Positions 1-7,882 of a stretch of 49,383 nt of DNA are shown here, piece after piece (the first letter of the stretch is position 1; every line of letters begins with the position of its first letter). This DNA is from a virus. Taxonomy: Duplodnaviria > Caudoviricetes. Position numbers and translations under genes: made by a program. Under the pieces are notes generated by a model. The model saw only the letters and a program-made list of their open reading frames with translations. It was not told where the DNA came from and did not search any database. The stretch is taken from IMG/VR virus record IMGVR_UViG_3300027533_000006, positions 1 to 49,383 of that record, one strand, 5' to 3'.

Positions 1-127
1 ACCACGTTCCGGATGTCGAGGAAGGCCTGATGGGCTGGGGCGAAGGTCCTTTCTCCAGCGTCACGGTCGTGATCGCGATCGTCTGGCTGATCTGCATCGT
101 ACTGAGCGGACGACAGGGGGTGAAATA
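1..127. repeat. Terminal direct repeat, left copy (circular assembly overlap)
   Basis: 1-127 is identical to 49257-49383; 127 nt is a common assembler k-mer length, implying a complete circular contig of 49,256 bp. Confidence 0.95.
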
Positions 128-128
128 G
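30..128 (+). CDS. Small membrane peptide (32 aa, MGWGEGPFSSVTVVIAIVWLICIVLSGRQGVK)
   Basis: ATG overlaps the TGA of the upstream gene (TGATG); one hydrophobic helix; below the ORF-track cutoff. Confidence 0.5.
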   Translation: MGWGEGPFSSVTVVIAIVWLICIVLSGRQGVK

Positions 129-192
129 TTGGTGTATGTGGTGTTTGTGTAATGGAAGAGAGAGGATAAACTTCTCTCACTAGGAGGTAGAG

Positions 193-432
193 ATGGCTGA
201 CTACACTGTGAAGAACTCGGATCTGATCGAGGCAATCAAGGCTGTTGGCTCGGAGGAGCAGGCAGCGGTCGACCTGGTGCAGGGCACGAAGAATCGTGTC
301 TATCGCAAGGGACGGAACATGCGCGTCTCGGCGTACCAGGAGGTCATGAAGTCGGATCCTCGGTTCAAGGCGATCGAGGAAGCGGCGAAGGCTCTCGTTG
401 CGAAGAAGCTGAAGAACGGCGGCAAGCTCTAG
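193..432 (+). CDS. Hypothetical early protein (79 aa)
   Basis: Strong RBS TAGGAGGT at about 181-188; followed by a terminator. Confidence 0.85.
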   Translation: MADYTVKNSDLIEAIKAVGSEEQAAVDLVQGTKNRVYRKGRNMRVSAYQEVMKSDPRFKAIEEAAKALVAKKLKNGGKL

Positions 433-446
433 CTTCTGAGCGTTTC

Positions 447-479
447 AGCGGAGAGACTCGTGTCTCTCCGCTTTTTTTT
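447..479 (+). terminator. Rho-independent terminator
   Basis: AGCGGAGAGAC-tcgt-GTCTCTCCGCT stem followed by a T8 tract. Confidence 0.9.
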
Positions 480-684
480 GGAAGGCTACGAAACTCACGT
501 GGCCCGTACCCGACTCCCTTGGCCCTGGACCTAACCCCACCCACCGGCGCAGGCGTTCCTCGATCCGAGGTAACCTGTTTGGCATTCAAGATCGTGTGAG
601 ACTTCGCCGAGCACCCGACGGCGGAATCTTGCCCCCCTACCCAGGTCACCCGTCCACCCTTCCATCTAACGTAATGTGTCATCT

Positions 685-947
685 GTGTAGTGAATAATGA
701 AACGTTGGCACTGCTCAGCGTAACTCGTTGAAAACAAAGGACTTCTAATGTATCCCTTTAATGCATCGATGCCTCTATATATATAATGGGTACAACTCAC
801 AATACATATATATATATATACCCCTTTGTGTCGTTGTGTCGTTCTATATATCTCACGAGGCATGCAGGCACCCACTGGGCACAGCGTATCTCCTTTGTTC
901 TCAACGACTTAGAGTGAGCCGTGCCTTCGTTTCATTATGCACTACAC
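685..947. repeat. 57-bp imperfect inverted repeat (685-741 / 891-947) around an AT-rich core; candidate origin
   Basis: The arms match at 48/57 positions by manual alignment; the core has (TA)5 at 776-785 and a 15-nt AT alternation at 806-820. Confidence 0.75.
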
Positions 948-984
948 GACGGACTCGGTATGGGATACAACGGAACTTTTGCAG

Positions 985-1014
985 TTGATTTCCACATCTC
1001 TCCCGGGTTATAAT
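985..1014 (+). promoter_or_regulatory. Sigma70-like promoter (TTGATT-18-TATAAT)
   Basis: TTGATT 985-990, TATAAT 1009-1014; GTTGATTTCCA is shared with the promoter at 5145. Confidence 0.55.
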
Positions 1015-1031
1015 ACCTACATAAGATCGCA

Positions 1032-1676
1032 TTGGGGGTTACCCCCAGAAAGGTGCCCGCTATGGCCGCGCCACCACGTGTTGCTATCACAGACGATAGG
1101 GTCAAGAAGCTCATCGGAGACCTCAAGGTCCTAGACCCACCGACCACTCGTCTCGGCTGGACGAACTCCCGGCTCGTTGTCCTACAGGACGGCTCTACTA
1201 TGCCCGTGCTCCAGATTATCGCTGAGGCTCACGAACCCTGGGATCCATCCGAGTTCTACCCCGTTTGGGCAGACAAGGACTGGACGAACGAATCCTTCGA
1301 CAACATCAAACTCATTCGCAAGGCGGTCCACCGCACCAAGCGTTCCAACAACAAGTCCGGCTTCCCCGCTGGCACACCCGAGTACTTCCAGTGGTACAGG
1401 GCCCAGCACAAGGATCGGAATAAGATCTACAACGCTAACGCCCGCGCCGCTCGTCGTGAACGGGAAGCCCAGGTCCTCGCGATGAAGATCGAGCTCGAGG
1501 AACTCCGAGCCCGGACCGCTAAGCAGGAAGAAGTCCTGACCGCGCCCTCACTCGACTTCCTCGACGAGTACAAGGCCAAGCATCTTGGTGGGGGGTCCTC
1601 ACCCCTCGTGCAAACCCCACCCATCCAGATAGGCACTCCGATGGAAGACGACGAACCCTGGAACTTCAAACCCTGA
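1032..1676 (+). CDS. Hypothetical protein with a degenerate HNH-like segment and basic coiled coil (start may be ATG 1062)
   Basis: Long ORF with phage-like codon usage; WADKDWTNESFDNIKL loosely resembles HNH without the catalytic His. Confidence 0.7.
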   Translation: MGVTPRKVPAMAAPPRVAITDDRVKKLIGDLKVLDPPTTRLGWTNSRLVVLQDGSTMPVLQIIAEAHEPWDPSEFYPVWADKDWTNESFDNIKLIRKAVHRTKRSNNKSGFPAGTPEYFQWYRAQHKDRNKIYNANARAARREREAQVLAMKIELEELRARTAKQEEVLTAPSLDFLDEYKAKHLGGGSSPLVQTPPIQIGTPMEDDEPWNFKP

Positions 1677-1769
1677 CACCTGCCCGCGTTGGTGGGGGGT
1701 CCCCTTCACTCAATCGTGTATCAGGACCCCCCACCAAAGGTCGTATACCGATTACCGACCCAAACAGGG

Positions 1770-1798
1770 TTGCTTTTTGATTCTACCTGTGATATAAT
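1770..1798 (+). promoter_or_regulatory. Sigma70-like promoter (TTGCTT-17-TATAAT, extended -10 TG)
   Basis: TTGCTT 1770-1775, TATAAT 1793-1798; near-duplicate at 5061-5089. Confidence 0.8.
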
Positions 1799-1807
1799 GT
1801 ATACATA

Positions 1808-2050
1808 ATGAGGATTGGATCCTACACCATCACAACCACAAGCCCAATCCCTTTTCCTGGAGTCCAGACAATGGAAGACCTGATCACCGAGATCCTGAAC
1901 AACGAGTTCACCCTCCTCCGCGGAGGCTACCACCTCGACAAACGGATGCCCTGGTACACCCTCACAAAGGGTGTCTCGGCACAACGCATCGACGCCCACT
2001 CGTACGCTCACGCCCTTCACCAGGCCGTCGCCATCCTGAAGGCCAAGTAA
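1808..2050 (+). CDS. Hypothetical protein (80 aa), possibly leaderless or starting at ATG 1871
   Basis: ORF immediately downstream of the promoter; C-rich third positions. Confidence 0.65.
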   Translation: MRIGSYTITTTSPIPFPGVQTMEDLITEILNNEFTLLRGGYHLDKRMPWYTLTKGVSAQRIDAHSYAHALHQAVAILKAK

Positions 2051-2051
2051 C

Positions 2052-2237
2052 GTGGACGCACCTAACATCCAACAGGAGTTCCTCAACGTCCTCGTTCCCC
2101 AGGTCGAGGACTTCTTCGCCGAGCTCCTCACGAAGGACACATCCTGGCTCAAGGAGTCCATCCTCGAGGACGAATCCGGAGACGTGTACGGCGAGCTGAT
2201 CGCCCTCTTCGTCAACTGGCTGGAACAGAATGGCTGA
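2052..2237 (+). CDS. Small acidic hypothetical protein (61 aa)
   Basis: Tightly packed ORF, D/E-rich. Confidence 0.7.
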   Translation: MDAPNIQQEFLNVLVPQVEDFFAELLTKDTSWLKESILEDESGDVYGELIALFVNWLEQNG

Positions 2238-2523
2238 TCACCGGGATCCACTTCCACACGCACAGCACCTGGAACTCTACCGAGCGGCCTACGAGCTGTG
2301 GCAGAAGTTCCCCACCCTCACGTCGGAGGAGCTCATCTCGGTGTGTGAGCTTCCACCTCGCTGGGGCGCACCACGTCCCGGCAGGTGGTTCGGTGGTGGC
2401 ACCCTCGACACCGTCTACGGCGTCTGCGACCGATGCTACACCATCTTCGCAGCCCGCGACCTCCGTATCATCCGTAAACCCTTCTCGGATGACGACATCC
2501 GAGTCTGCAGGGAATGTGAATGA
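2230..2523 (+). CDS. Hypothetical protein with CxxC pairs (97 aa)
   Basis: CDRC and CREC; overlaps neighbours by a few nt. Confidence 0.7.
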   Translation: MADHRDPLPHAQHLELYRAAYELWQKFPTLTSEELISVCELPPRWGAPRPGRWFGGGTLDTVYGVCDRCYTIFAARDLRIIRKPFSDDDIRVCRECE

Positions 2524-2696
2524 GTGACAAATCCGTTCCGAAGCATCCACGGGCCAAAGGCCCAGCCTACTGCGAGAAGCCAGGTACGTCCTGCTTCTAC
2601 GACAAGCGTGACATCTGTGTGAACTGCCTCCGCCCGAAGGGCTGGCGTGTTCACAAGCTCCATCGCAGCACTCTCGACCGCAACGCAGGCAGATAA
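2520..2696 (+). CDS. Small Cys-rich hypothetical protein (58 aa)
   Basis: ATGA overlap with the upstream stop; MSDKSVPKHP...CVNC; fills the gap. Confidence 0.55.
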   Translation: MSDKSVPKHPRAKGPAYCEKPGTSCFYDKRDICVNCLRPKGWRVHKLHRSTLDRNAGR

Positions 2697-2712
2697 CCTA
2701 GGAGACCAGACA

Positions 2713-3012
2713 ATGGCACACGGTTACACCATCACCCGCTACAACGCTATCGGCCTGATGTACACCATCGAGCCCCTGCGCCCAGGCGTCACTCGCATCC
2801 GCCAAAAGGACAAGTACATCGAGGTCGCGGTCGACTTCGAGGTGATCAACCAGGCCTGGTACTACTGGCAGCAGCAGCGCCGCTACATCCAGGACGCCTT
2901 CTCCATGCTCGACGCCAACGAGCGTGAGTTCATCCAAACGGGCCTCAGCCCGGAGGAGTTCGACGAAGCCTGCAGGCCCTTCGACGACGAAGACGTTGAA
3001 GAAGGCGAGTAA
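2713..3012 (+). CDS. Hypothetical protein
   Basis: RBS AGGAG before ATG 2713; C-terminal IQDAFSMLDANEREFIQTG looks like a conserved phage motif. Confidence 0.75.
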   Translation: MAHGYTITRYNAIGLMYTIEPLRPGVTRIRQKDKYIEVAVDFEVINQAWYYWQQQRRYIQDAFSMLDANEREFIQTGLSPEEFDEACRPFDDEDVEEGE

Positions 3013-3091
3013 CACCATTACCCCCCACCAACACTTGGTGGGGGGTACATCAACAGGCCCGAAGGGCCTTGTCCAGCAAATGGAGACTACA

Positions 3092-3436
3092 ATGCACCTC
3101 AACCCCGTTCAAGTGGCAGAGAAATTGGGCATCACCCGTACACGCGTCCACACCATGATCAAGGCCGGATTGCTCGTCGACGTCAAGCCCCGCGATCCCT
3201 CGAAGCAGAAGCACTTCCCCCTGATCGACTCCAAGCAGCTCACGGAGTACATCAAGGCCAACGGGAAGCCCAACTCCACACGCTTCTCCTTCAGCAACGG
3301 CGGTGCCCCCCGGGTACCCCCCACCAAGGCGCCCGTTCCTGTCCCGTCCGTGGGACCTGGGATCCTCACCCGCATCGAGGAGCGCCTGGACCGGATCGAG
3401 TCCAAGGTGGAAGCTCTCCTCCGGATCTGGAGCTAA
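3092..3436 (+). CDS. Helix-turn-helix (excisionase/MerR-like) DNA-binding protein
   Basis: LNPVQVAEKLGITRTRVHTMIKAGLL HTH; C-terminal coiled coil; RBS GGAG. Confidence 0.75.
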   Translation: MHLNPVQVAEKLGITRTRVHTMIKAGLLVDVKPRDPSKQKHFPLIDSKQLTEYIKANGKPNSTRFSFSNGGAPRVPPTKAPVPVPSVGPGILTRIEERLDRIESKVEALLRIWS

Positions 3437-3437
3437 C

Positions 3438-3716
3438 ATGTCCACCGGTAAGCGTCAACACCACGGCTATCGCAGGGTCAAGTGCCCCTCCTGCGGCAGC
3501 ATCTTCCGCTCACCCACAATCCACAAGTGGCTCGCGTACCCGGAGAAGGCTCTCCGCGACACGGAGATCACCGTCCACGTTAACGGCGTCGCCATGACCC
3601 GGACGGAACAAGTGGAGACCACCATCTTCCCTGGTCTCCGCGTCGTCAAGTTCGACCTCTGCAGAACCTGTAGCAAGTTGCCCAACGCGCCCCGCGCAGA
3701 ACAAAGGAGTACGTAA
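3438..3716 (+). CDS. Zn-ribbon hypothetical protein
   Basis: CPSC and CRTC. Confidence 0.65.
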   Translation: MSTGKRQHHGYRRVKCPSCGSIFRSPTIHKWLAYPEKALRDTEITVHVNGVAMTRTEQVETTIFPGLRVVKFDLCRTCSKLPNAPRAEQRST

Positions 3717-3717
3717 C

Positions 3718-3909
3718 ATGCACAACGAACCCGAGATCCTCAACGGCCAGTACCGGGAAGCCCTCCGTCGCATCCTCGAGATCGCGTACAAGGGTCACCC
3801 GGACGGCCGAGAAACGCGCCTCGAGCTCATCAGCCGCTACGCCGGCGAGGCGCTGGGCGCCGTGCCACCTTACCCGGAGCCGCCCCTCGCGGACGAGAAG
3901 CTCGGGTGA
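3718..3909 (+). CDS. Hypothetical protein (63 aa)
   Basis: RBS AAGGAG; packed ORF. Confidence 0.7.
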   Translation: MHNEPEILNGQYREALRRILEIAYKGHPDGRETRLELISRYAGEALGAVPPYPEPPLADEKLG

Positions 3910-4109
3910 CTCTCCAGGACCTCAGCGTATTCATCCGGATGCTCGACCACGAGTGTGCCGGCTACACCGAGGACGCAGCCACATTCCTCTGCGTCCTCCA
4001 CGAACTCACGCTTGCGCGTGACGCATGTCTACTGACGGGGGAACCAGTAGGCATTCTAATCATTCCCCCAGGGGGGCGCAGCCCCCAGGAGCAGAAAGAT
4101 GTCTTTTGA
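3906..4109 (+). CDS. Hypothetical protein (67 aa)
   Basis: GTGA overlap with the upstream stop. Confidence 0.55.
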   Translation: MTLQDLSVFIRMLDHECAGYTEDAATFLCVLHELTLARDACLLTGEPVGILIIPPGGRSPQEQKDVF

Positions 4110-4776
4110 CATGAGCCGGTGTCCCCAGAACGAGGAGGAGTGCAAGGCCTGGTTCTACGACGGGATCGGTCGCTACATCGGCGGGCCCGCGAACGACTGG
4201 GAGGCCGTAATGGAGGCGTGTGGCCTCCCACCGGGCTACGGGCCGGGCGTCGTGCCCAACGCCTCGATGCCCTACTTCGCTCACACCCAGCAGTACAGCG
4301 GAGGGCCGAAGGGGCGCATCTTCCTTCCCACGGCCACGCCCGACGAGCTGGGCTACTACACCGTCTGCATCCAGTACCTCGACGATGCGAAGCAGACGTA
4401 CAGCAAGGCCCGCAACGCCAAGCAGGACTTCAAGTCCGTGAAGTCCGGCCTCGTGTGGTCCTGGTACAAGGTGGCCGGAACGGTGTACGCACCCGTCCAG
4501 GGTCCGGATGCTGGCACCACACCGGGAACGCCTCCTCCGAGTGGCGGCGGGCTGACCGAGGCCCAGGTCCAGGCCATGATCGACGACTCAATCGAGCAGG
4601 CGCTGGCCGGACGTACGGGCGTGCAGATCGGCGACAAGATCGCACTCCGCACGAACAGTGGCTTGATCGCGGGCATCATGGGAGGCGGGCCGACGATCGA
4701 GGGCCAACCGATCGAGTTGATCGGGAAGACCGAGATCCACGCTTGGGAATCGTTCACCCTCGAGAAGGGGGAATAA
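4099..4776 (+). CDS. Two-domain protein with a C-terminal fascin/beta-trefoil-like repeat
   Basis: DKIALRTNSG...GG...IHAWESFTL matches the fascin-like repeat pattern; Pro/Gly linker; RBS AGGAG. Confidence 0.7.
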   Translation: MSFDMSRCPQNEEECKAWFYDGIGRYIGGPANDWEAVMEACGLPPGYGPGVVPNASMPYFAHTQQYSGGPKGRIFLPTATPDELGYYTVCIQYLDDAKQTYSKARNAKQDFKSVKSGLVWSWYKVAGTVYAPVQGPDAGTTPGTPPPSGGGLTEAQVQAMIDDSIEQALAGRTGVQIGDKIALRTNSGLIAGIMGGGPTIEGQPIELIGKTEIHAWESFTLEKGE

Positions 4777-4777
4777 G

Positions 4778-5005
4778 GTGTCCGACTACCCTGAAGTCTC
4801 TCAAATGGGAGCCCTCAACCAGGTCCTGCAAACGGGCTACGCGAGCGAGAAGCGGATGGTCCCTCGTACCCGCAGGGAGCGGATGCACGACTTGAAGCGA
4901 GAGCTGGAGAACAAGCTCAAGGAGGTCAACGCCGCCCTCGAAGCACTCGACGCCAATCCGGAGGTCGAGAAGGTGATGAACGCCATCGAGAAGGTGGGCA
5001 TCTAA
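4778..5005 (+). CDS. Coiled-coil hypothetical protein (75 aa)
   Basis: Packed ORF with heptad pattern. Confidence 0.75.
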   Translation: MSDYPEVSQMGALNQVLQTGYASEKRMVPRTRRERMHDLKRELENKLKEVNAALEALDANPEVEKVMNAIEKVGI

Positions 5006-5060
5006 CGTTCTAACCAGCAGGCCGAAGGCCGAAGGGTGCGGAAAACGTGATCAAACCGGG

Positions 5061-5089
5061 TTGCTTTCGAGTTCATTGTGTGATATAAT
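5061..5089 (+). promoter_or_regulatory. Sigma70-like promoter (TTGCTT-17-TATAAT)
   Basis: Near-identical context to 1770-1798 (AAAC.GGGTTGCTTT...TGTGATATAATGTA..CATAATGA). Confidence 0.8.
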
Positions 5090-5144
5090 GTACATAATGA
5101 TAGAAGCCACCCGGACAAGCTGGGTAGAGACAGGCAGTTCGACG

Positions 5145-5174
5145 TTGATTTCCAACGACAGCCTGCCATATACT
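5145..5174 (+). promoter_or_regulatory. Second sigma70-like promoter (TTGATT-18-TATACT)
   Basis: Same GTTGATTTCCA start and 18-nt spacer as 985-1014. Confidence 0.5.
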
Positions 5175-5295
5175 TTACCTAGTTCATGAGGATTGGTGGG
5201 GGGTACATTCGGATGACATATGTACCCCCCACCAATGTACGGGCAACACTAACCCAGCAACACGGGCCAACGGCCCACGACAGGAGACAGCACAC

Positions 5296-5643
5296 ATGGG
5301 CATTCTAGACGAAGTCACGGCACAGGTCGAGTCCCTCACCCCGGAGCAGCTCAAGGCAGAGTTCGCCAAGATCCAGGAGCAGAGGGCCAAGCGGCAGGAG
5401 AAGCAGAAGGAGTACAACGCGTCGCCCGAGGCGAAGGAGAAGCGCCTCGCGTACTCCAAGCAGTACCGGGAGAAGAACCCCGAGAAGTTCAAGGAGACCC
5501 GGAAGGCCTACATGCAGAAGCCCGAGGTGAAGGCCCGCATGAAGGATTATCGCCTCAAGCGTCAGGCCGCGGAGAAGGCGATCCTCGCCAAGGCCAAGGC
5601 GATGGGGATCACGGGCGACGAGCCCACCGCAACACCCGCGTAA
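5296..5643 (+). CDS. Basic helical/coiled-coil protein (115 aa)
   Basis: RBS AGGAG; K/E/R-rich; followed by a terminator. Confidence 0.85.
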   Translation: MGILDEVTAQVESLTPEQLKAEFAKIQEQRAKRQEKQKEYNASPEAKEKRLAYSKQYREKNPEKFKETRKAYMQKPEVKARMKDYRLKRQAAEKAILAKAKAMGITGDEPTATPA

Positions 5644-5647
5644 GACT

Positions 5648-5676
5648 GGAGGGGGGCACACACCCCCCTTCTTTTT
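5648..5676 (+). terminator. Rho-independent terminator
   Basis: GGAGGGGGG-cacaca-CCCCCCTTC stem followed by a T tract. Confidence 0.7.
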
Positions 5677-5717
5677 GGCTCCACTTCGGACTTCAACGTG
5701 CAACGAAAGGACCTCCC

Positions 5718-6386
5718 ATGAACGGAGTCGTACTTCTCTCGGGTGGAATGGATAGCTCCACCCTGCTCGCACACTGCATCGACGCCTTCCCGGACGGACG
5801 GCACTACGCCATCTCGTTCGACTACGGGCAGAGGCACCGCCGGGAGCTCAACGCTGCCGCCGACATCGCACGGTATTTCAATACCCCCCACCAAATCGCG
5901 GACCTCCGTTCCGTTGGCCGTGACTTCATGTTCGGCAGCTCGCAGACCAGCATGATCCCAGTACCACAGGGCCACTACACGGACGACTCGATGCGCGTCA
6001 CCATCGTGCCGAACCGGAACATGGTGATGCTCTCCATTGCCACGGCGTTCGCAATTGCTAGCCATTCCGACTTCGTTGGCTACGCCGCGCACGCAGGGGA
6101 CCACGCGATCTACCCCGACTGCCGGCCGGAATTCGTCACCGCGATGGGCGAAGCCATTCGCCTGTGCGACGACCACAAGGTCAGCATCTACACCCCGTAC
6201 ATCGACCTGACGAAGGCACAGATCCTCGAGGAGGGCCTGTACCGTAACGTCCCTTACCAGCTTACCTGGACCTGTTACGAGGGCCTCAGCTTCCCCTGTG
6301 GGAAGTGTGGCACCTGCGTAGAACGGGCCGAGGCATTCGAGCTCAACAAACAGGGTGACCCCCTTCTCCAAGGAGGACCAGCATGA
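5718..6386 (+). CDS. queC: 7-cyano-7-deazaguanine (preQ0) synthase
   Basis: SGGMDS PP-loop, YGQRH, VPNRN, YPDCR, and TCY...CGKCGTC zinc site. Confidence 0.97.
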   Translation: MNGVVLLSGGMDSSTLLAHCIDAFPDGRHYAISFDYGQRHRRELNAAADIARYFNTPHQIADLRSVGRDFMFGSSQTSMIPVPQGHYTDDSMRVTIVPNRNMVMLSIATAFAIASHSDFVGYAAHAGDHAIYPDCRPEFVTAMGEAIRLCDDHKVSIYTPYIDLTKAQILEEGLYRNVPYQLTWTCYEGLSFPCGKCGTCVERAEAFELNKQGDPLLQGGPA

Positions 6387-7030
6387 ACGTGGAACAACGT
6401 GATCACATCTTCCCGCACATCAAGGATCTCGTCCCCCAGTACCTTCACGTGCGTACACACATCGCAGGCTCCGCTGCGATCACGGACACCTTCCACGACG
6501 TGGACGTCTGGATCCTCTGCGAACGAGGGCAACGGAAGTCCGTAGTGGAGGTCGTCCTCGCGCACCTCCACACGTTCGAGGAGTGTGTCGTAGACCAATC
6601 GCCTACTGCGCTCTACGGGATCCCGAACCTGAACAAGGTGGCCACAGTCTTCCACATGATCGACCAACCGATCCAGATCATGGTGTGGGAAGACCTCCAG
6701 GCGGACGAGGACAATGAACCGGACCTCCTCAACCTCCTCTCGGAGTTCGACCTCTCCGTGCACATGTGGGCGTACTCACTCGTGGATATCTACAAGCGCC
6801 GGTTCCAACACCCAGCGGCCACGCTCCCTGGCAACCCGATCGAGGTGCTCCGCTTCACCACTCCACACAGCACGCTGCGTCGGTACATCACGCTCAGCGA
6901 CAGGTATCGGACGAAGCTGAACTGGGAGTACATCGAGGAACTGGCCCGTCGGATCGTGGCCGTCGCCGAGCAGAAGGCCCTCAAGCAGATCGAGGACCTC
7001 GGAGTTCAACCTCCTTCGGAGCTGCTGTGA
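6383..7030 (+). CDS. Pol-beta superfamily nucleotidyltransferase (CCA/poly(A) polymerase head-like)
   Basis: IAGS-x7-HDVDVW catalytic signature; FDLSVHMWA resembles the DFTINA motif; ATGA-coupled to queC. Confidence 0.65.
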   Translation: MNVEQRDHIFPHIKDLVPQYLHVRTHIAGSAAITDTFHDVDVWILCERGQRKSVVEVVLAHLHTFEECVVDQSPTALYGIPNLNKVATVFHMIDQPIQIMVWEDLQADEDNEPDLLNLLSEFDLSVHMWAYSLVDIYKRRFQHPAATLPGNPIEVLRFTTPHSTLRRYITLSDRYRTKLNWEYIEELARRIVAVAEQKALKQIEDLGVQPPSELL

Positions 7031-7875
7031 CTCTGACGTGGTGGGAGTGGGAAGAACTCGAGGGCGCCATCCAGGAACGAAAGGAACTGTGGCGCGAGCA
7101 TCCGGAACGGACGCACACCTACTTCCGGATGCTCGACGACACTCCTGTCTACGCCCTTCAAGCGATGCCTGGACCAGGTCGCTCCGAGTTCCGCCTGGTC
7201 CAAGTTCTTGGGATCCCACTTACGTGGCCCCAGAGCGAGGTGGATGCACACCTCGACATGATGCGAGAACGTTTCACCTCCTTCCCGTTCAGGCAGGAGG
7301 TGGAACAGTTCCTCTTGAAGGAGGACGTCCTCAAGGACCCCTCCAAGTCGAACATCGTGGCCATCGTCATCGCGAGGATGCAGCAATCTCCGATCAACGA
7401 GCCGATGCCCGCGAAGATCCCCTTTCCCCATGAGGAGAGAAGGTTCACCCTCCACGAGGGAGGCAGCATCAAGTTCTGGCGACAGGGAGACATGCTCCGT
7501 TGTTACATGGAACTGCGCCGGGACGGCAACCTGGGACCCACGAGTGGCAGCTTCATCCTGCTCGACGGCCACATGCGCATCCGTGGGACATCCATGAAGC
7601 GCGCATTGGAGTGGCTTACAGGGGACAAGGAGATCGAGGAGATGCTCCGTGACCCACACGCACATGCAAGGAGACGCCTAGATGCCGAGTCTGCCGAAAG
7701 GCAAAGTAACCTACCGCTGGAGTCCCAAAGCGGGGATGCGAGCAGCGCAGCTAGCGGACCTGGGGACCCCAGTCAAGGTGACGATCGTCGACGCGATTTA
7801 CCTGAAGACGGAGGGCTCCCGAGTGCTGCAACTGATCATCGAGCCCTCGGAGTCTTTCCTCCAGGAGAAGAATGA
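7027..7875 (+). CDS. Hypothetical protein
   Basis: GTG 7027 overlaps the NTase stop (GTGA); in frame with track ORF 6766-7875. Confidence 0.7.
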   Translation: MTLTWWEWEELEGAIQERKELWREHPERTHTYFRMLDDTPVYALQAMPGPGRSEFRLVQVLGIPLTWPQSEVDAHLDMMRERFTSFPFRQEVEQFLLKEDVLKDPSKSNIVAIVIARMQQSPINEPMPAKIPFPHEERRFTLHEGGSIKFWRQGDMLRCYMELRRDGNLGPTSGSFILLDGHMRIRGTSMKRALEWLTGDKEIEEMLRDPHAHARRRLDAESAERQSNLPLESQSGDASSAASGPGDPSQGDDRRRDLPEDGGLPSAATDHRALGVFPPGEE

Positions 7876-7882
7876 TGACTGA
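7682..7882 (+). CDS. Small hypothetical protein (66 aa) overlapping the upstream gene's 3' end
   Basis: RBS AAGGAG; protein-like composition. Confidence 0.55.
   Translation: MPSLPKGKVTYRWSPKAGMRAAQLADLGTPVKVTIVDAIYLKTEGSRVLQLIIEPSESFLQEKNDD

Noticed and set aside
1-127. 127-bp terminal repeat as a biological DTR
   Set aside because: The length equals a common assembler k-mer and it cuts through coding sequence, so it is most likely a circularisation overlap.
1032-1676. Active HNH homing endonuclease
   Set aside because: The catalytic His residues are missing; the resemblance is only loose.
3092-3436. Excisionase implying a temperate lifestyle
   Set aside because: No integrase or CI-like repressor was recognised, and this HTH type is a generic DNA-binding fold.
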